64,000 bases of DNA, taken from contig CAYQZQ010000001.1 in the NCBI GenBank assembly GCA_964422035.1, positions 515,025 to 579,024 on the forward strand. Direction: 5' to 3'. Every line of letters starts with the position of its first letter. Positions within the stretch are counted from its first letter, which is position 1. Below, in pieces: positions 8,818-18,759 of this stretch. The position numbers and the translations under genes are program-made. The notes under the pieces are model-generated. The model had not been told where the DNA came from and made no database searches. It was given only the letters and a program-made list of their open reading frames with translations. Origin of the DNA: an uncultured Pseudomonadales bacterium (GTDB taxonomy: Bacteria; Patescibacteriota; Microgenomatia; UBA1400; Chazhemtobacteraceae).

Positions 8818-9399
8818 TTATTTTTCTCTTTCTAGCCAGGAGATTGCTTTGTCGACAATTTTTTCTTGTTTTCCCTCAAGACTGTTAAGCAATTGAGTGG
8901 AAAATTGATCCCAATGAGGAACTTTATCTTTACATTTGATAGTGGTGACAAGAGCTGATCTTTTAAGCCAAGGGTTGTCTGATTTAGTCCAGGTTAGAAG
9001 AATTTCTTTCTGTGGCCAGTGTTCAATTAGGTAGGGGGTAATTACTTCAGTAGCAAAAGTATCAACCAAAGACCACTCATCAAGATAAGAAGTAACTAGG
9101 CTCTTAATTTGGTGGAGGTTTAGGTTTTCAACTTTTTTAGCGGTATGGGAGAGTAAAAAGATGCCAGCCATTTTATGTTCATATATTGGACTTTGGAAGA
9201 GGCTCTCTGCAGACAGCAGAGGGTTGAATTTTTTTGTTTTATTTTTTAAGTAAAGATGGGCGACGCTTTTTCTAATCTGAGGAATGGGAAGGTCGAGCGT
9301 TTGAAAGTCCTTGCCTAATAAACGAGATCTCTTGGTGACCTTATCCACCTTATCTATTTGAGCAATTTTTTGCTTGATTAAGGGGGCTAAATTTTCCAT
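8818..9399 (-). CDS. Putative DNA alkylation repair protein (AlkD/AlkC-like HEAT-repeat fold)
   Basis: 193 aa helical protein with an NPWLKRSAL segment resembling the DNA_alkylation family. Weak. Confidence 0.35.
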   Translation of the reverse strand: MENLAPLIKQKIAQIDKVDKVTKRSRLLGKDFQTLDLPIPQIRKSVAHLYLKNKTKKFNPLLSAESLFQSPIYEHKMAGIFLLSHTAKKVENLNLHQIKSLVTSYLDEWSLVDTFATEVITPYLIEHWPQKEILLTWTKSDNPWLKRSALVTTIKCKDKVPHWDQFSTQLLNSLEGKQEKIVDKAISWLEREK

Positions 9400-9411
9400 T
9401 TAATATAATAC

Positions 9412-10581
9412 TTAGCTGCCTATTAAGTATAACTCTTCCTCAGCGCGGGTGATGCCGGTATATAACCAGCGGCGCCACTGTTGATCGTTCATCTGCTTGA
9501 AGCGCTCTTCAAACAGTATGACTTTTTGAGCTTGACTACCTTGAGCTTTGTGAACTGTTAGAGCATAACCAAAATCAAACAAATCCACATCATCTGGAAT
9601 CTTTTTGCCCTCTTTGGTGCGTGACATAGTGCTTTTGGCACCAAACTGATCCTTTAGAACCTTGCCTTGAAAGACTTGATCATCGATGTCCATCTCGATC
9701 TGGACTTTGTAAAAGATATCTTCAAAAGGTTTTATGTTTATCAAAGTGCCCAACATGCCGTTGTAGATGTTTTTTTGGTGATTGTTGCGCAGACAGATAA
9801 CCCTATCCCCTTCCATGGGCTCAATTTGTGGATCAAAGAAACGCTTTTGGCGGATAAAGTCATTTATTTTCACACGGGTATGATTGTATCCGGATAGAAC
9901 AAGAGTGTCGTCATCATACTGGGAGAGCAGGTCTTCTATTCTCTGCTGGGAATCAAATGAGGTCTGATCGATCTTTTCCACAGCTGAGCCGTATTGACCG
10001 GGTTCTATAAAGCCTTTTTTGCGAGCTTTTATTGAGAGCTTGATAATAGGATTATCTTGAGCTTGGCGATGAATTTTTTCCAGTTTTATGTTTGGATCTT
10101 CCATGAGATTAAAGTCACCATGAATGGGAGGCAGCTGACCATGGTCTCCGATGGCCAGGATAGGCAGATCAAAGGAGATAAGATCTCTGAAGATATCAAG
10201 ATTGACCATTGAGGCCTCATCAACGATGATAAGTTGAGCATCAAGCGAAGACTTTTTCTTCCAGCCAGTTACAACTCCACCTGAGCTGACTATGGGAGCG
10301 TATATATATGAATGAATAGTGCCAACAAAGTCCTGATCAAAACGAGCATCGTGTTTGCGTAGAGTAGCATCCAGAACACGGCTAGCTTTACCTGTATATG
10401 AAATTAAAGCGATTTTTAGTTTTTCATTTCTTTTATGCAACAGGCGACGCAACATGGCAGTTAAAGTAGTTTTGCCAGTACCGGCATAGCCACCTAAAGT
10501 TAGGTACTGACTTCTTTCTTTATCCTTAAGCCAAGCTAGGATAGATTTTAAAGCGGATTTTTGATCTTTTGAGAGCTTCAC
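9412..10581 (-). CDS. RecD/Dda-like SF1 DNA helicase (AAA_30 + UvrD_C_2 type), short form
   Basis: Walker A GGYAGTGKTT, Walker B LIIVDEASMV, C-terminal YALTVHKAQGSQAQKVIL motif typical of the RecD/TraA/Dda family. Confidence 0.6.
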   Translation of the reverse strand: MKLSKDQKSALKSILAWLKDKERSQYLTLGGYAGTGKTTLTAMLRRLLHKRNEKLKIALISYTGKASRVLDATLRKHDARFDQDFVGTIHSYIYAPIVSSGGVVTGWKKKSSLDAQLIIVDEASMVNLDIFRDLISFDLPILAIGDHGQLPPIHGDFNLMEDPNIKLEKIHRQAQDNPIIKLSIKARKKGFIEPGQYGSAVEKIDQTSFDSQQRIEDLLSQYDDDTLVLSGYNHTRVKINDFIRQKRFFDPQIEPMEGDRVICLRNNHQKNIYNGMLGTLINIKPFEDIFYKVQIEMDIDDQVFQGKVLKDQFGAKSTMSRTKEGKKIPDDVDLFDFGYALTVHKAQGSQAQKVILFEERFKQMNDQQWRRWLYTGITRAEEELYLIGS

Positions 10582-10679
10582 AAGAGTAAGTATAAAGGTT
10601 CAGATAAATTAAACATAGTCCGCTAAACCCTCCGTTACCTCTTTCAAAGCTCTCATTTTTTATGTGATATATTTTACTT

Positions 10680-11174
10680 ATGGCTAAACCCTACCAGAAT
10701 GCAACTTTAATCTGCATCATTCTTACAATTCTTGCAATAATCGGTTTAGTCCTTGGTATCATCTACTCTCAACCTCTTATAGCCATCTTTCTACTTCTTC
10801 CAACCTCAATCTATGAACTCTATCGCACCGAAGGGGAATCTACAAAACTAGCATCCTGGGGAATGCTTGGTTTACTTATTGCAGAAATCGCTTTTTTAAT
10901 CTTTAACATTAATCTAGACCTGGCCCAATTTCTCAATCAAAACCAGGCATACATATCTGGTTATAAAGTTCCCTTCGGAAAAATCACAGTGCTCTCCCCT
11001 ACTTTAATGGCAGTGCTTTCAATTGTTTTAATCACAAACACTAGAGGCAAGTACACACGCTGGTTAGCTGGAATCATCTTTTTTACTTCATTTGGTATCA
11101 TCTATATCCTCGACCCAAATATATTCACTCAACTCATTCGCTTAGCAATAAAAGAAGTATTCAGCTCAATCTAA
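10680..11174 (+). CDS. Hypothetical integral membrane protein (4-5 TM)
   Basis: Hydrophobic ORF only. Confidence 0.3.
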   Translation: MAKPYQNATLICIILTILAIIGLVLGIIYSQPLIAIFLLLPTSIYELYRTEGESTKLASWGMLGLLIAEIAFLIFNINLDLAQFLNQNQAYISGYKVPFGKITVLSPTLMAVLSIVLITNTRGKYTRWLAGIIFFTSFGIIYILDPNIFTQLIRLAIKEVFSSI

Positions 11175-11375
11175 CTAAATCTCTAAACAATTGATATTCT
11201 TTTGATCACAATAAGCTTCAAAAATAACAAGCTCTTGGTTTAAGTAGATAGTAATTACCCTCCCTATACTGGACGTATTCAGAAGCAAAAAAAATGAGCT
11301 TGGCTTTCCTTTTGGACATCTCACATCAATTCGAGAAATATTGTGTTAGAAAAGTATAAGCTCCCTCATTTAATA

Positions 11376-11406
11376 TCGTAGTTTTGTGTTATTTGAAAAA
11401 CTACGA
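11376..11406 (-). terminator. Possible terminator hairpin 15 nt downstream of the GmrSD stop (tcgtagtttt / aaaactacga)
   Basis: 10-bp perfect inverted repeat. The following T-tract is weak. Confidence 0.3.
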
Positions 11407-11420
11407 AATTTCTATGGCTA

Positions 11421-13148
11421 TTAATAATCCCAGACTTTGTTATATGATAATTTGGCTAGTTTTTTTTGTCTACCTAAAATGTCATGGTTTCCCCACTCAC
11501 CCCTATTATTATCTTTGATGTATTCAACTACTTTTACGGTTGATGGAATTTTAGTTTCTGACAAAATGTCGATCTTTTCATCTAAAGATTTGTTACCAGC
11601 TTTAGAGTTGATTTTTTTGTGTATTAGCACTAGATTACCTAGTTTATCTTTGTATTCTCCATGTATGTGTTTTTCAATGTCCCATTCTTCATTATAGGTT
11701 TGAGGTAGTATATGTTCCAGATTCACAACATCAAAATCGATCGTAAATTCCTCCCCGCCTTCTTGCTCATCAATTTTATTTAATAAGTATTTTAGCAAGC
11801 GTCTTTGTTTGGTTGAGTGCTTGTAGCTAATATCCATAAATTTTTCTTCAAAAGATGGATATTCAGGCTTCAAATCTTTCAATCTTTGGACCATCTTACC
11901 CAGAATGCTCTCTTTTTCACGCTTGCTAAGATTGTTGTCAATGGCTTTTTCTAACTCTATAGCAGTTTGTGAATATAATTTTTCTACCTTGTTTGCTTGC
12001 AGCTTCGAAATCGCAGAATATACGAAGGTAAATTTTTCAATTGTCTCAAAATAATGATCTATCTTGAACTCTAATTCTTCCGCATTGCGCAAGAGAGCGA
12101 GAAATATGACGTAGCATTGCTTTACTCTCATAGCATTAATGCCTAATAAGCTTCTGAAGATTTTTTTGGTTTTCTCAATTTCTTTTATTTCCCAATCGGC
12201 AGGGTTATCGGACAAGATTCTGTGATACCATCTAGATGATTTTAAAAGCTCATCTAGAAAGGCTTTTTTATCAGTTATGTTGTTTTTGATGTCTCGAAAT
12301 AAACCTTTCTTGGTTGTGTGGTTGTATTTTGAAATCCAATGATATCGAATGAAGCGAGCAATACTAGCATCTACACCTCTAACATTATCAATTATTTCCT
12401 GCCATTTTTCTTTAGCAATATCTTTTTTCCCATCTTCGGGTATAACTTCTTGAAATATTAGATTTTTCAATAAATCTGCAATGCCTAGGTCTACTCCTCT
12501 AGCATTCACTGTTTCAAAGACAATATATGCTTTGTCGTTGCTGTCGATACGTATCTCAATCACTTCCAAAGCACTTACTTTTTGATATAAGTCCTCAAGA
12601 ACTTCTTCCTTATCTTCTTGTGATTTTTTGTTAGCCATTTTGTGCTTTATCTTCTCTTTAAGGAGTTCATAAGCATCTTCTACTCTTTTTTCTTCCTCGG
12701 TATCTGCTTCCACCCACCCTCCTTCTTCTCCTGATTGGATATTTGTTTCAAAGAAATCTTTAAGTGAGTCACCGCACAAAACTCTGAAGTCTTTATCTCT
12801 GCCGGTAACGGAGACATCTGCAATCGCCTTCCTTTGGATTCCATCTGAAAGTTTAGTTAAATCATTTTCTCTAGCAATATCACGTAGGGTTGCAAAAAAT
12901 AACGTTATTGTAAGAATCCTCTGTTGACCATCAATTATATCCGAGTATCCTGTTTTTTTCTTCTCTTCTTCATTAAAAACAAACGTGCCAATAAATGGTA
13001 AAGATCGTTTGCCTGCTATTATGTCGTTCCAAAATTCATCTATATTATTTTCTTCCCAGGAATATTCACGTTGATTCCTAGGTATACGATACCTTTTACT
13101 TTCACCTAAAAGGATATCTTCAATTTTTTTCTCTTTTGCTACAAACAT
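11421..13148 (-). CDS. GmrSD-family type IV (modification-dependent) restriction endonuclease, DUF262 + DUF1524
   Basis: N-terminal YRIPRNQREYSWE and IDGQQRILTI (DGQQR hallmark of DUF262/ParB-like NTPase). C-terminal LEHILPQ...GNLVLIHKKINSKAGNKSLDEK (DUF1524 HNH-like). The gene and both flanks are conspicuously AT-rich. Confidence 0.7.
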   Translation of the reverse strand: MFVAKEKKIEDILLGESKRYRIPRNQREYSWEENNIDEFWNDIIAGKRSLPFIGTFVFNEEEKKKTGYSDIIDGQQRILTITLFFATLRDIARENDLTKLSDGIQRKAIADVSVTGRDKDFRVLCGDSLKDFFETNIQSGEEGGWVEADTEEEKRVEDAYELLKEKIKHKMANKKSQEDKEEVLEDLYQKVSALEVIEIRIDSNDKAYIVFETVNARGVDLGIADLLKNLIFQEVIPEDGKKDIAKEKWQEIIDNVRGVDASIARFIRYHWISKYNHTTKKGLFRDIKNNITDKKAFLDELLKSSRWYHRILSDNPADWEIKEIEKTKKIFRSLLGINAMRVKQCYVIFLALLRNAEELEFKIDHYFETIEKFTFVYSAISKLQANKVEKLYSQTAIELEKAIDNNLSKREKESILGKMVQRLKDLKPEYPSFEEKFMDISYKHSTKQRRLLKYLLNKIDEQEGGEEFTIDFDVVNLEHILPQTYNEEWDIEKHIHGEYKDKLGNLVLIHKKINSKAGNKSLDEKIDILSETKIPSTVKVVEYIKDNNRGEWGNHDILGRQKKLAKLSYNKVWDY

Positions 13149-13315
13149 GTTTACTTGTAATTTTTATTTCGATGGACGAGATGTTTTGAATAATTTTATA
13201 ATTGACTTAACTTAAGCTTAAAAGAATAAGCTTATATTAGATTTATTTTATATCACTTTTGTTAGATTTATAATACGAAATTTTCATACAAGCTAAAATA
13301 GTGTTTTTTTATAAT

Positions 13316-14632
13316 CTAATACCCTTCATAAAACCACTCCCAGGAGGGATCTTGCACTTCCTCAATATCACTCTCATACATCTTGTATACCTCGTCTTCT
13401 AAAACCGTCTGCCAGGTGCCCTGATAGTAGTGATACTCAACTGTATCTCCCACCCAGTTTTTGGTCTTGAATTTAACAAAGACAGTGTCAGAGTTGGCAG
13501 AAACAAGCTCGGTTAGATAGATAGTGACATCCAAAATATCAGTAAATCGGGAAGTCCACTCTTTATAGTTAGTCTTTTCCAAGTAGTGGGAAGAGAGTAA
13601 GTCAAAACCCTGCTGCATCTGACGGGTTTTAAGATAGGTATAGAAAGCCTCAACCGCCTCTTTGGGGGACTGGGAGGGATCAACATTAATCTTGGTAATG
13701 TCCTGATCGGTGAAGTTATCCCAGGAACGGTTGATGTAGGAGGAGGAGACAAAGAAGGAAGCTCCGGAAAGAGAAGTGGTATTTAAGCCAACCATGTTGC
13801 CGCACTGATCAACTAAGGGACCACCACTCATACCTTTAACCAGAGAGATGTTGGTCTGCAAGTACTCAGTGTTGGCCTCAGAGGTGGAAGGATGACGCTG
13901 GGCGGTATAGATGCCATCGGAAATGGAGACCTCACCTTCCAGCTGGGTGCCCAGAGAGTAACCGGCAGCCAGGACCGGCTCACCGAAAGTGAGAGTATGG
14001 GGAGGAGCAAATTCAAAGACCAAGTTGGGAAAACTTTTTTCTAGATGTAGGATGGCCAGATCGGCTTCTTTGTAGGCAGTGATGGAAGTAGGAGTAAGAA
14101 AGTTGCCATCAGGCAGAATGACTTTAGGACTGGGCTCACCTTCAATAACATGAAAGTTAGTTAAGACCTGATCGGGAGCAATAAAGGTACCTGAACCCTC
14201 AGAGTAGCCACCAACCACCCTAACTACAGAGCTTTTTAATTGCCGGCTAGTAACCCACTGGGAACAGAAAAACTTGTCATAACCGCCATAGCGCTCTACT
14301 AAAGCTAGGAAGCGATATTCAGTAAAGGCAAAGTAGAGAAAAATCAGACCCCAAAAGACGGTTTTGCCAAAACGGCTCCAGGAGCGGAAAGGCCAGATAA
14401 TGACTTTTAGTATCAAGCGGGCGAGAAAAGATATGAAACGAAGTAAGGACTTAAATAGATAATAAAGAGGGTAGGTAACTAGCTTAAGAGGGAAAAGATA
14501 TAAAGGAAAAAACAAACCTTTGATAAATTTAAAAAAGCGGACTTTAAGAGAAACCAGATGAGAAACTAACTTAAGCCAGTTGTAACGCAAGCGCAAGTAC
14601 AAACGACGCAGAAAAGTAGGAGCTAATAACAT
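13316..14632 (-). CDS. Membrane-anchored trypsin-like (S1/HtrA-like) serine protease with extra C-terminal domain
   Basis: N-terminal TM segments, catalytic triad context TNFHVI (His), EADLAIL (Asp), GMSGGPLV (Ser). Confidence 0.55.
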   Translation of the reverse strand: MLLAPTFLRRLYLRLRYNWLKLVSHLVSLKVRFFKFIKGLFFPLYLFPLKLVTYPLYYLFKSLLRFISFLARLILKVIIWPFRSWSRFGKTVFWGLIFLYFAFTEYRFLALVERYGGYDKFFCSQWVTSRQLKSSVVRVVGGYSEGSGTFIAPDQVLTNFHVIEGEPSPKVILPDGNFLTPTSITAYKEADLAILHLEKSFPNLVFEFAPPHTLTFGEPVLAAGYSLGTQLEGEVSISDGIYTAQRHPSTSEANTEYLQTNISLVKGMSGGPLVDQCGNMVGLNTTSLSGASFFVSSSYINRSWDNFTDQDITKINVDPSQSPKEAVEAFYTYLKTRQMQQGFDLLSSHYLEKTNYKEWTSRFTDILDVTIYLTELVSANSDTVFVKFKTKNWVGDTVEYHYYQGTWQTVLEDEVYKMYESDIEEVQDPSWEWFYEGY

Positions 14633-14657
14633 AAAGATATTATACAGGTCGGAGAAA

Positions 14658-14882
14658 TTATTCAGATAATAATATCAAGACTTTGTTGCGTGACTGATGC
14701 CCTTTATCAATAAAGACTTGGTGCTTTTTAACACCTAAATGATCTGCTATTGTCTCAATTAAAGCCTTGTTGGCCGCCCCTTTTCTAGGCGGGGCGGTAA
14801 CATAGACGGTGCAGCTACCATCAGCTTCTTCTTTGACGTGATTTCTGGATGCTGAGGGGGTAAGCTTGACTTTAAGCTTCAT
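14658..14882 (-). CDS. DUF167/YggU (UPF0235) family protein
   Basis: 74 aa, KLKVKLTPSASRN...VYVTAPPRKGAANKALIETIADHLGV matches YggU-like proteins. Confidence 0.5.
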   Translation of the reverse strand: MKLKVKLTPSASRNHVKEEADGSCTVYVTAPPRKGAANKALIETIADHLGVKKHQVFIDKGHQSRNKVLILLSE

Positions 14883-15309
14883 GGTCAGGTTTTAAACCTA
14901 AATATTTTTGCACGCCTGTATCAAAATCAGTGGTGAAGTAGTTTTTCAATTCTTTAGGCTTGACCCATTTAACTTTAACTGTTTCTTCTTGATTAAAACT
15001 TACTTGATTATCAGACTCAAGTGAAGCTGAAAGATAATGAAGGTGGACAGGAAACTGAGGATGAATGCGTTGGGAGATTTCTTGTTGCGGTTTTATTTGA
15101 TAACCAGTTTCTTCTAAGACCTCTCTTTTAACAGCAGTAAGCTGGTCTTCTCCTGGTTTGATTTTGCCACCAGGAAAAACCCATTCAAGTATAGATTGAG
15201 CTTTTTTCTCTTTTTTTCTTCTTTGGACGATGAGGACTTCTGACTTTTGATTAGTGACAATACCAAGGACAACATGAGTTAGAGATGGTTCGTGTTCAGG
15301 GTTTTTCAT
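14872..15309 (-). CDS. NUDIX hydrolase (likely start at internal Met near 15309)
   Basis: Nudix box GGKIKPGEDQLTAVKREVLEETGY. Confidence 0.65.
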   Translation of the reverse strand: MKNPEHEPSLTHVVLGIVTNQKSEVLIVQRRKKEKKAQSILEWVFPGGKIKPGEDQLTAVKREVLEETGYQIKPQQEISQRIHPQFPVHLHYLSASLESDNQVSFNQEETVKVKWVKPKELKNYFTTDFDTGVQKYLGLKPDHEA

Positions 15310-15882
15310 AAGGTTAATTCTATCAAGAGTATAATAACAGACATGAGAGGATTTCAAGGAAGACATTTAAGTGAGGAGCCTTTGGAGATAGTAAAAAAAG
15401 CAGCCAAACTACTCAAAGCAGATAGCAAAGTGCTGGACTTGGCAGTGGGAGAAGGCAGACATGCTTTGTATCTGGCAGAGAAGGGGCATTTGGTAACTGG
15501 AGTAGATGTCTCAGATGAAAGCTTTGAGAAAATTAAACAAAAAGCATCGGGGGAGATAAAGTTAATAAAAAAAGACGCCAGAGAGTTTGAAAGTGAAGAA
15601 AAGTATGATCTGGTCGTTTGCACGGGCTTATTGCACTTTTTTGAAGATAATGAAGTAGAAATGATAATAGAGAAAATGAAACAACTGACCAAACCCGGCG
15701 GCTACAACGTCTTGGCAGCCAGGATGGACCAGAACCCAAGAGGCAGTTTGTCTCACCTATTTAGTCATCAGGAAATGAAGGGATACTATACCAACTGGGA
15801 GATAATAGAGTATGAGGAAGTAGAAAAAGAAGATTATCCGGCCCGTAAAGTACAGATTGTGTTAAGCGAAAAGACAGAGTAG
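15292..15882 (+). CDS. SAM-dependent methyltransferase (TehB-like class I)
   Basis: Motif I VLDLAVGEGRHALYLAEKGHLVTGVDVS. Start probably at an internal Met. Confidence 0.55.
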   Translation: MFRVFHKVNSIKSIITDMRGFQGRHLSEEPLEIVKKAAKLLKADSKVLDLAVGEGRHALYLAEKGHLVTGVDVSDESFEKIKQKASGEIKLIKKDAREFESEEKYDLVVCTGLLHFFEDNEVEMIIEKMKQLTKPGGYNVLAARMDQNPRGSLSHLFSHQEMKGYYTNWEIIEYEEVEKEDYPARKVQIVLSEKTE

Positions 15883-15897
15883 TTTTCTAACTTACTC

Positions 15898-16257
15898 TTA
15901 AGAATCGATCAACAAATTTCGTCCTTCAACTAACCAGTCATCTATCCAGTTTTTTATATCTTGATCGGTGTGGTGATCAAAATCAACGGTTTTTTCAGCA
16001 AACCAATAGAGAAAAAGCTCAACATCTAAAGAGTGCTTGTTATTTTCCTGTCCCTTAATTTCAGCACCCAGGGCTCTACTTATGACACCTAAAAGATAGG
16101 CATCGCTGTCTTTTTTAGGAGGAGTGTTTTCCATAATGTGTCTGCCGTCTTCACCGAAAGGGTCTTTGAGATCACTAGGTGTGGTTTTATCTATCGGCTT
16201 GTTGCTGCTCCAGCGAACAACTTCATTTAAAAGTTTGATATTTTCTTTTCGGCTCAT
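15898..16257 (-). CDS. Hypothetical protein (start assumed at MSRKEN)
   Basis: ORF only. The track ORF's 5' end overlaps pyrH, so an internal start is assumed. Confidence 0.3.
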   Translation of the reverse strand: MSRKENIKLLNEVVRWSSNKPIDKTTPSDLKDPFGEDGRHIMENTPPKKDSDAYLLGVISRALGAEIKGQENNKHSLDVELFLYWFAEKTVDFDHHTDQDIKNWIDDWLVEGRNLLIDS

Positions 16258-16327
16258 AAAGATATAGTTTTTATGATGATAGGATAGCAGATCAGGCAGT
16301 TTTGGCAAGATGGTAGAATCTTTATTA

Positions 16328-17050
16328 ATGGTAAAAAGTAGTAGAGTCAAAAGAGTAATTTTGAAGTTAAGCGGGGACTTGTTTTCTGATGATGATGATC
16401 GGATTAGTTTTTCTGCTTATGATAAGGTGGCCAAGAAAATTATAAAGATAGTAGATAAGACGGAAGTTGAGATGGTAATTGTAGTAGGCGGAGGCAATAT
16501 ATTCAGAGGCCGACAAGTAAAAAAGATGCAAGTGGATAGATCAGAGGCAGATACGATGGGAATGTTAGCTACCATAATAAATGGGACGGGCTTGCGGGAA
16601 TCACTGGTGCGAAATGGTAAGCATGATAGCCGGCTGATGACGGCCATTGAGATGCCAGAAGTGGGTGAACCTTATCTGCGATTGCGAGCCAGACATCATT
16701 TACGTAAAGGCAGAGTGGTGATTATCGGTGGCGGACTTGGCAGGCCATTTTTCACCACTGATTCGGCGGTAGCTCAGTACGCGACGGAGCTTAAGTGTGA
16801 TTTGGTATTGAAAGCCAGCACGGTTGATGGTGTTTATGAAAAAGACCCCAAAAAACACCCGGAGGCCAAAAAATATGAAGAGCTTGATTTTCAAGAAGCT
16901 TTAGTGAAAGACTTGAAGATCATGGATGCAACTGCTTTTGCTATGTGTCGAGAACAAGAGCTGCCGGTAATTGTTTTTAACATTAAAGACCTGGAAAAAC
17001 TGCCTGATATGTTAAACGGAGAGCTTAAGCTGGGAACAAAGATTAAGTAG
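16328..17050 (+). CDS. pyrH: Uridylate kinase
   Basis: KRVILKLSGD...VIVVGGGNIFRG...MLATIINGTGL match UMP kinase. No frr follows it here. Confidence 0.8.
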   Translation: MVKSSRVKRVILKLSGDLFSDDDDRISFSAYDKVAKKIIKIVDKTEVEMVIVVGGGNIFRGRQVKKMQVDRSEADTMGMLATIINGTGLRESLVRNGKHDSRLMTAIEMPEVGEPYLRLRARHHLRKGRVVIIGGGLGRPFFTTDSAVAQYATELKCDLVLKASTVDGVYEKDPKKHPEAKKYEELDFQEALVKDLKIMDATAFAMCREQELPVIVFNIKDLEKLPDMLNGELKLGTKIK

Positions 17051-17296
17051 CTATATTAAAGAAAGCTTTTCTTTTCTGGAGAGGGATTTTATTTGATGCT
17101 CGCGCTTTAGGGCGCTTGAGTAGCTGCCAGCTTTTTGTTGGTAAACTAACTTGACCGGCAGTCGCCCTTTGGTGTATTTGGCCCCGTTACCAGTATTGTG
17201 TTTTTTTACTCTTTGGGTGACGTTTTTGGTAATGCCGGTATATAGAGTATTGTCAGAACATTTGATGATGTATACGTACCAGATGCTTTTGGCCAT
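17051..17296 (-). CDS. GIY-YIG nuclease superfamily protein (YhbQ/UPF0213-like)
   Basis: WYVYIIKCSDNTLYTGITKNVTQRVKKHN. Confidence 0.6.
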   Translation of the reverse strand: MAKSIWYVYIIKCSDNTLYTGITKNVTQRVKKHNTGNGAKYTKGRLPVKLVYQQKAGSYSSALKREHQIKSLSRKEKLSLI

Positions 17297-17379
17297 AGGG
17301 AGATTGTATGAGCTAGACGATTATTAGACAAGCATTCTTCAATTGACTAAAGAATCGTTATTGGTGATATGATGAAAAT

Positions 17380-17907
17380 ATGAACTTAATACTTTTGGCT
17401 GGAAACAGCCCAGAGAACGAAGAGTGGATCGAGGAGGTAGAGACGACTTTGGGAGAAAACTTTGATATTACTTATGTGCAAAGATACCAGCACTGGAATG
17501 GAAATGGTGATGTAATTGATCTTGAGGAAGAGCTTAAAAGACTAGTAGAAAACGAGGAGCAGTTAAGGCCGTATACTATTTTTGCAAAATCAGCAGGAGT
17601 GCTTTTAACCCTTAAGGGGATGAGTGAAGGAGTAATAAAACCTGAGAACAATATTTTCTGTGGAACTCCCAGAGGCTTTGCCACCAGATTAAATGCTCCT
17701 ATAGATGAGTGGATAAGTAAGTTGTCTACTCCATCTTTATTTATCCAAAACTATCATGATCCGGCCATGCACTTTGAAGACTTAAAAGAGTATTTAAAAC
17801 AAATGGGATCTAAAAACTACAAACTAGCTAGACTAGAAGGGAGCAACCATCATTATGGAGACTTGGATAAATTAAGACAGCTAACAGAAGGGTTTTTAGA
17901 GGAGTAA
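17380..17907 (+). CDS. Hypothetical protein, possibly small alpha/beta-hydrolase-like
   Basis: ORF only. Weak FAKSAGV nucleophile-elbow-like segment. Confidence 0.25.
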   Translation: MNLILLAGNSPENEEWIEEVETTLGENFDITYVQRYQHWNGNGDVIDLEEELKRLVENEEQLRPYTIFAKSAGVLLTLKGMSEGVIKPENNIFCGTPRGFATRLNAPIDEWISKLSTPSLFIQNYHDPAMHFEDLKEYLKQMGSKNYKLARLEGSNHHYGDLDKLRQLTEGFLEE

Positions 17908-17913
17908 AAAGGT

Positions 17914-18327
17914 TTATCGTTTTGGAGATTGGCGTTTGGCTCGAGCTTTAGAACCAGCAGTACCAGGTTTTCTGGTTTCTTTCATACGAGGATCTCGAGT
18001 TAGAAAGCCTTGAGTTTTTAGGATTGGTCTGAATCGCTCTGGATTGACTTTAGATAAAGCACGGGCAATACCATGGATAAAAGCACCCAGTTGACCCTTT
18101 TTACCGGAACCCTCTACCTTTACCGAGGCGGTGTATTTTTTATGGGTATTGGTAGTTATAAAAGGCTCCATGTAACGTTTTTTGTTGATTTCTCCCGGCC
18201 AGTATTCGTCGATGGGCTTACCATTGACGGTAATTGGAGACTTGCCTTCTTTGAGGCGGACTCTGGCTACGGCAGTTTTTCTTCTACCTACTGCGTAGAT
18301 ATAGTCTTTTTTCTTTTTGCTTGCCAT
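17914..18327 (-). CDS. rpsI: 30S ribosomal protein S9
   Basis: Sequence family match and position downstream of rplM. Confidence 0.85.
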   Translation of the reverse strand: MASKKKKDYIYAVGRRKTAVARVRLKEGKSPITVNGKPIDEYWPGEINKKRYMEPFITTNTHKKYTASVKVEGSGKKGQLGAFIHGIARALSKVNPERFRPILKTQGFLTRDPRMKETRKPGTAGSKARAKRQSPKR

Positions 18328-18752
18328 TATTTGCTACTGTTAATTTGTGATTGGTGTGGATGTTTGTCATCTTTGAAGATTTTAAAACGGGCTAGTCGTG
18401 GTTTTCTCATCTTGTTTTTGGGCAACATGTTTTTAACAGCTAGTTTGATGACTTCTCTGGAGTCTTTGTCCATCTTTTCTTTTAGGGTAGTTTGCTTAAA
18501 GCCGCCGGCGTAGCCGGAATGAGTGTAGTATATTTTATTTTCAAGTTTTTTCTTGGTACTGACTTGAGTGTCATCAGAGTTGATGGCAACCACGTAGTCA
18601 CCGGCGTCAAGATTGGGTGAGTAGTAGACTTTGTCTTTGCCTTGTAGAAGCTGGGCTATTTCTGAAGCAACACGGCCCAAGGTCTTGCCCTTAAGATCAA
18701 TAAGGTGCCAGCTTCTTTCAATGTCTGATGCTTTGGTTGTAGGAGTTTTCAT
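18327..18752 (-). CDS. rplM: 50S ribosomal protein L13
   Basis: Sequence family match, L13-S9 pair. Confidence 0.85.
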   Translation of the reverse strand: MKTPTTKASDIERSWHLIDLKGKTLGRVASEIAQLLQGKDKVYYSPNLDAGDYVVAINSDDTQVSTKKKLENKIYYTHSGYAGGFKQTTLKEKMDKDSREVIKLAVKNMLPKNKMRKPRLARFKIFKDDKHPHQSQINSSK

Positions 18753-18759
18753 AGATTAT

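Noticed and set aside
18073-18513. 146-aa plus-strand ORF and many other 60-140-aa ORFs antisense to ribosomal protein, rpoB/rpoC, fusA, tuf, secY, pnp and ftsK genes
   Set aside because: They are fully embedded antisense in strongly conserved genes and have low-complexity or hydrophobic translations typical of shadow ORFs in AT-rich DNA.
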